In this document: one piece after another, positions 57,761 to 64,000 of the stretch | Layout: the number at the start of each line of letters is the position of its first letter | Numbering within the stretch: position 1 is the first letter of the stretch | Program-made: the position numbers and the translations under genes | The notes under the pieces: generated by a model | What the model was told of the DNA's origin: nothing | The model's database searches: none | Seen by the model: the letters and a program-made list of their open reading frames with translations, nothing else | From: Podarcis gaigeae | Lineage: Eukaryota | Length of the DNA: 64,000 bases | Direction: 5' to 3' (one strand) | Assembly: GCA_964106915.2 (NCBI GenBank) | Contig: OZ066921.1

Positions 57761-60103
57761 TTATGCTTTGACTCCACAGTCTGAAGCAGTCTGCTTCTGA
57801 ATGGCAGCTGCTAGAAACCTCCGGCAGCAAGAGTGCTCTTGTGCTCTGGTCCTGCTGGCAGGCTTCCCATCTGGTTGGCCACTGTGGGAACAGGATGCTG
57901 GACCAAATGGATCATTCCCCTGATACAGCAGGCTCTTCTTATGTCCCTGTCCTGTTGTGACTTAGGAAATAGTGCATTTTGATGTGTGTGTGTCCCCCTG
58001 CAACAAAATTTGATGCAAACTGAGAAAAAGAACAACCTATCTGCATTTTAAGCTAATGATGCAGACACAGACAGCCAGGACTTCAAGAGGTACAGCTTGT
58101 CATGCAAGGAAAGCTGTGCCAACTGAACCTTGCTCTCCTACACTACCATTTCAAAAAATAAGAAGAGTCCTGCCTTTCTCATTTGCAGCCAGTTACCCTA
58201 GCTAAGCAGCCCTGCTTTCTTGTCTGCTGTGATAGTGCCAGGCACTTGGTTGGAGCACAGATCCAATGTCCTTTTCCTTAGATAGACTCTTCAAGTGACA
58301 GAAACATCACTCCTTCATTAAACTTGCCTCTGGCAAGCACAACCCAAGGCGTGGGTTGGCTCCCTCTTTTAAATTAATGAAGACCCACTTATGACAGAGT
58401 CAGCCTGGCAGGTGACAGGAAAGGCCAACCGACCAGAGAAAGGACTGCCCATATGTTTGTTTATGAGATGTGGTGTGTGGCCTCAGGGGCATGTCAGGCT
58501 GCCCCATGTGATGCAACAGAGCCTCTGCCTTGCCACACTTATTCTCCTTGGACAAGGAGCATTTGGAAGGGAGGGGTCTAGTTCCTGAAGAGGGATAGAT
58601 CCTGAGGGAGGGGGTCCTCCTTCCCTATCAGCCCAAAGTGGACAGACCAAATGCCTCTTGGACAGTGGATTGAAGTGGGATTTATGACCCCACCATCCCA
58701 ACATGATGTGTGAAGAAGTGAGCTTAAGAAAAACACATCCCTCCAAAGAATCCTGGGAACTTTAGTTTATGAAGGGTGCTGGGGATTCTAGCTCTGTGAG
58801 CAATAAACTGCAGTTCTCCAATTCTTGGCAAGGACAGTGCTTTAAATGTGTTGTGTGCATGCAGCCTTTGGTTGCTTCCATAGTCCTTTTATCCAGCACT
58901 TATCCTGATTTGTTTGCACAAAGTTTCCAAGGAGGTTACACAATGTGAACTATTTATTGAGCATCCATTTTGATTTGTTTTCAGGGCGGTTATACAATTG
59001 TTATCCCATACTTTCCAGTGCATTTCTCCATGACTTATGTTATTGCAAAAAGTTCCAATAATGGGTGGGTGGGATCAGGTGTGTTGTGCAATGATGCCAG
59101 ATCAACTGCAATTATGTAACCTGAATTTGCTGATGTGATTGAATCCCACCTGAAAATGGCAGCAATCTAGAAATTCACCAGCCAGTTGAGAGCCTCTTGA
59201 ACATAGTAGAATCAATACATAACACTGTGGTCTCCAGTTGACCTGTTTATTGACTTTTCTTCTGATTTGCTTGCACAAAGCTTCCATGGATGTTAAATTA
59301 TATTTGGTGTTTATTCAGAATTTATTCTGATTTGTTTACAGGGAGGTTATATGACAATGAATATTAATATTGCATTCATCCATTTTACAAAAGCAATTCA
59401 TCCTCTTTGCTTGTGGGGTGTTTCTATGTCTTCCTGATAACATTTTGTTAATCCCACACATTTAAATGCATGTTCCTGTCACTTTCCTATAGCCAAAAAA
59501 ATCTGATTTTTTTAAAAAAGTGGATTTGCTGTGCTAGGATGACCAAGCACCTTAATCAATTTCTATTGCACAAACCTAAATTTTTCAGTAAGCACTTGAA
59601 TTGCTCCTGTAAGATACTGGCAGTTTGGAAGCACCCTAGAATCATCTAATTGTAGAGTTGGAAGGGACCATAAGTGTCATCTAGTCCAACCCCCTGCAAT
59701 GCAGGGATCTCAGCTAAAGCATCCATGACAGATGGCCATCCAACCTCTGCTTGAAAACCTCCCAGGAAGGAGAGTCTACAGCCTTCTAAAGGACTCTGGT
59801 CAACTGTTGAACTTCCTCAAAAGGCTTCATTTCCCGACCCTTGACCAGCTTGGTTGTCCTCCTCTGCACACATTCCAGCTTGTCAACAGCCTTCTTAAAT
59901 TGTAGTGTCCAGAACTGGACACAGTATTCCAGGTGTGGTCTGGCCAAGGCAGAACAGAGTGGGACTATTACTTCCCTTGATCTGGACACTATGGTTCTGT
60001 TGATGCATCCTAGAATAGCATTAGCTTTTTTTGCTGCTGCATCACACGATTGACTCATGCTCAGCTTGTGGTCCACCAAGACCCCCAGATCCTTTTCATG
60101 TAT

Positions 60104-60515
60104 TGTCAGGCCAACCCCCATGGCAGGTTGCCAGGAATGGATAAGACAAGGAAAAGTCCTTACCATCTGCTTTTTATTCAATATTCACAGAGGTTTGGAA
60201 TGCAGCCTCTTGGAATAATGGTGAAGCCCTGAAGTACTCTCCACCCCCTTTTCTCCCACTTCCTCATTTGTCATCATCTCCTCCATGGGTGGCACTGAGG
60301 GCCGTTTGCTCTACTATCAATGCCCGTCGGGTTCGGGGGGGTCTGGATGCTTTCTAAAGACACTGTGTCCATCAACTGTTGCCGTCCTGGTTCTTCCTCT
60401 TCCTCCTCCTCCTCCTCCTCCTCCTCCTCCTCCTCTCCCATTATTTCCCAGTTTTCTGGAAGGGTCAGGCTGGGGAGGTGGTCTCCACCATTCCTCTTCT
60501 GCCCAGTTCCTGACA
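60104..60515 (-). mobile_element. probable solo LTR nested in CR1
   Basis: TGTCAGG...CCTGACA termini, near-duplicated CATGTA flanks, AATAAA on the minus strand near one end. Confidence 0.6.
60400..60433. repeat. (TCC)n microsatellite
   Basis: direct reading. Confidence 0.9.
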
Positions 60516-62769
60516 CATGTACTGCTAGTAAGTGTCCCCAATCTTATTTTTGTGTGTCCGGTTCTTCCTGCCTAAGTGCAGAATCGTACATTTGTCCCTA
60601 TTGAAATTCATTTTGTTCATTTGGGTCCAGTTTTCCAATCTGTTAAGGTCATTTTGAATCCCAATTCTGTCTTCTGTGGCATTAGCTGCCCCTCCCAGTT
60701 TGGTGTCACCTGCAAATTTGATGAACATCCCCTCAATTCCTTTGTCCAAGTTGTTTATAAAGATGTTGAAGAACAACAGGCCCAGGAAAGAACCGTGCAG
60801 CACCCCACTTGTCACTTTTTCCCAGTGTACAGTATAAGGTTCTCTGTACTTGTGGAGCATATATGATTGGTGCTGTGTTGTTTGGGTTGGGAGGCAGAGA
60901 GAAGAGGGAGTTTAGAAGCCCCCACACCTCCGCTTGGAAAGCTGGAGAAGAACTGCCTCTGCCTTCCCAGCACTTTCTGTTGCATCCACAAAGCAAAAAT
61001 AGGTCAGGGCAATCCAGTTGCATACATCCCCGGATGATCCAGCTGCCTTAGTTCCAGGTAGCATCTGCAAGATCTCAAAAAAGCAGACAGACCTGCTTTG
61101 CCATGATAGGCAGGTTAGGATACCTTGAGGCAATGCAGGTAGTCCATCTGGGCTGATGTAAGACAGGATAACTGTTGCCACATGCAGGCAATGAGTAAAG
61201 AGAAATAGGAGCCCAGCACATGGAGGCAAAAGGTTTTCAAACATCAATAGAATATGTAACTAGAAAGGGCTGCTCCACATGACCTGCTTATTCATCCTGA
61301 TTTGCTTGCACAAAGCTTACGCAGTGGTTAGACTATGACCAGTCTTTATTGAACATTTGATTTTGCAAGGAGGTTATGTGACAATGACCATTCACCCTGA
61401 TTTGCTTACAGGATGCTTACAGAATGTTCCTGTTAATCATTTGCTTGTCCCATACTTTTCAGTGTATTTTCTCATCACTTTCCTAACCACAAAAAATCTG
61501 TTTCTGGGTTTTTTAAGTGGATTTGCTCTGCAGGAGCAATGGAGTACTTTACTTTACTCAAGTACTACTTGACCAAACCAACATTTCCAGCATGTGCTTA
61601 AATCTGTCATGCAAAATAGTGACAGGCTGGAGGCACCTTAGGTTGCTGACTTTTTTAATGACATTACCATCTAAAGGAACCTCTGTAACTAAAATTATCC
61701 AGCTGCATCTCTGTGTGCCCATAAAGATTATGGAACCTTCCACAAAACCTTATTTTACACCATTGTGTATATTCTCTTGGCACAGGCCTGGACTGTTTGT
61801 GCCCTGCCAAGCCAAACACAGCTGACCAGGGACTCAATAAACCTCCTGCTTTTGCTGCCTTAAAGGGGAAAAGCAGGCGCCCCGGAAGCTCAGAGCAGTG
61901 GTCCATCTAGCTCAGTATTATCCACTGACTGGCAGCGGCTCTCAAGAGTTTCAGGCAGAGGTCTCTGCCAGCCCTACCTGGAGATGGAACCTGAAACTGA
62001 GTAGTGCCCTGTGCAAGGACAAAACTTGGCACCCGCCTCTCTCATTCTGTTCTGCCCAGTTCACTACACCATAGTTGCAGTGCCCCCTAGGCTCAGCGCC
62101 CAGTGTGGCAGAACTGGTTGCACTGCCCTAACTCTGCCTCTGGAGTTTGGTTAGGTGTAGAGGCGTATTTAGGGCAGCATGACTGGTTCCTCTGCATTGG
62201 ATGCCAAGCCAAGGGGGGCACCACAGGGTGTCACAACTATGCCCTAGCGCATGCACAGAATGGAAGGCGAGAGTTGGGGGAGGGATTTTGTCCTCCCACA
62301 GAGCTCCACTGAAATTTGAAAGACCAAAGTCCGACCCTGTTCAGTGGGACACAATCATGCAGGTCTAGTGTGGTGAAAGCATACGTATTAGCCCTGTAAG
62401 CAGCTTAAGAGTGAAGCAAACAAGCACAGAGGAAGATGCTGAGGATCAAGAGGGGGAGTGCCTTCCCTTCTCTGCCTGGCCTGGGGGTACCTAGAGGCAC
62501 CCAGCGGGCTGCAGTTGGAAACAGAGCAGCAGATTAGCTGGGTCTTGCTTGCTCTGATCCCTCAAACTAATTATTATTGTCTTGTGTTCTTAAGCTTTGA
62601 GCAACAGGACTCTCATCATATGTACCAGATATGCTTCGGAAGGGACCCCTTTTGATTATATGCTTGTGGGTGTGGCATATCAGGGTCCCAGGTCTTACAG
62701 AGATCAGTGAACAGAGGAGAAAACAAAATACTGACATATGTAGCATATGTACCTGACATATGTACCTGA

Positions 62770-62898
62770 CATTCAGAAGACATCTTCCCTGTTCAGGGAA
62801 GTTTTTAATGTGTGAAATTTTAGTGTTTTTTGGTTTCTGTGGAAGCCGCCCAGAGTGGCTGGGGAAACCCAGCCAGGTGGGTGGGGTACAAATAATAA

Positions 62899-62954
<56 letters not shown>
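62770..62954 (+). mobile_element. L2 3' terminus with expanded (TTA)n tail
   Basis: same 3' motif as 11390-11534. Confidence 0.8.
62899..62954. repeat. (TTA)n microsatellite
   Basis: direct reading. Confidence 0.95.
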
Positions 62955-62955
<1 letters not shown>

Positions 62956-64000
62956 TCAGATGCCAGTTGCCAAGCCCAGTTTTTAAGCCATAGGGATCAA
63001 ATGAGGCAGCCCTTACACTGGCATAAGCTCTTAGTGACATAAGCTCTCCAGGGTTTCAGACACGGGCCTTTTTCCAGCCCTGCCTGGAGACACCAGAGGT
63101 TGAACCCGGGTCTTTCAGCAACCCAAGGTGCTCTACCACGGAGTGACAATTCTTCCACAAGTTGTATAAAAAGCTACCTTTTATACTCTGGCAAAATGGT
63201 CATCCACTCTCAACCCAGTGTGACATACATATGGTCAAACCAAAAATAAGTTATCAAGAAATGGAACTGGCACTTTTTGCATCCATTAAATCACCAAAGT
63301 AGCAGACGCTTTCCTCCGAGAACAAAATATTGCAGCCACCATGATGGAAAGTTTTGGGGTGGGTTGCGTGGTGGTGATTTTAAAGTTACGGAATCATGGA
63401 TACATCTGAGCAAGCAACTTGGTCTAACAAAGTTTGAGAGAATTCCAAGCCTTTATAAGCCTCTGCCCACAGACCCTTTCTCCTCGACACCCCCAAAGGT
63501 ACTGTACTACTTCCCTGGCCTCTCACCTAATGCATTCGCTGCACTGCTGGGTTGGTGAGGCGAAGTGGGAGCTGCTTGCTTCCTCAAACTCAAGGGTCCA
63601 GGCTCTCTCCCTACAATTATGGGAGGTCTTCTGATCTCCAGCACCAGGAGCAGAGCCCTGCACCTGATCTGGCTCCTTAGCAACAGACTCTGCAACCTTC
63701 ACACCGTCTTGGTTGTTTCTAGACTCTGAGGTCGTGACAGGGATGAGACAATTCTTACCTACCACATGCAGCCAAACGAGTTAGCGTTTAAAAGCCAGGA
63801 ACAGATTAATACCACACTCAACAACCCGGCGCCCTATAGATGTTTTGCCCTCCCGATCTTCCAGTGTTAGCTGTGGGTGACGGGAGTTGTAGCCCACAAC
63901 ATCTGGAGACCACCAGATTAGTGATCGCTGTGTTCATGCTATTTCCAGATAAATAAACTGCTTTGGGACAAGGCCTCATACTTCATTAGTTTCTATTCAC

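Larger units (their letters stand above)
59637..60830 (-). mobile_element. CR1 LINE 3' fragment interrupted by an insertion at 60104-60515
   Basis: [30 protein letters not shown] motifs on the minus strand; CR1 3' tail at 59637. Confidence 0.88.

Noticed and set aside
63277-63765. Cluster of 60-90 aa ORFs near the window end
   Set aside because: No recognisable homology or convincing splice-site pairs; a neighbouring gene cannot be supported.

Overview
Vertebrate genomic DNA, most likely a lacertid lizard (inferred from abundant Sauria SINEs plus squamate-type CR1, L2 and RTE LINEs). Three spliced protein-coding genes were reconstructed by hand from GT-AG boundaries and reading frame. (1) The last 12 coding exons of IKBKB (+, 1127-12829), ending in the NEMO-binding LDWSWL motif. 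(2) A complete VDAC3 (-, 8 coding exons, 15721-24874, 283 aa; CpG-island promoter near 32.6-33.1 kb), convergent with IKBKB. (3) A complete MAT2A (-, 9 exons, 43664-51077, 392 aa; TATA/CpG promoter) whose 3' UTR carries all six METTL16/SAM-sensing hairpins. Most interesting: two separate 3-nt microexon candidates, both encoding Leu (CTG and CTT), in the VDAC3 intron that holds the single ATG microexon in mammals; a Sauria SINE reduced to a 21-nt footprint beside one of them; a MAT2A hairpin 2 with a variant METTL16 nonamer (UGCAGAGAA); a proximal poly(A) signal that would remove hairpins 2-6; and a strong internal 5' splice site in the MAT2A detained intron. The remainder is intronic or intergenic sequence with SINEs, LINE fragments, MITEs, a probable solo LTR and microsatellites. 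Most entries in the ORF track are spurious. Comparisons with human sequences are from memory, not from a search.
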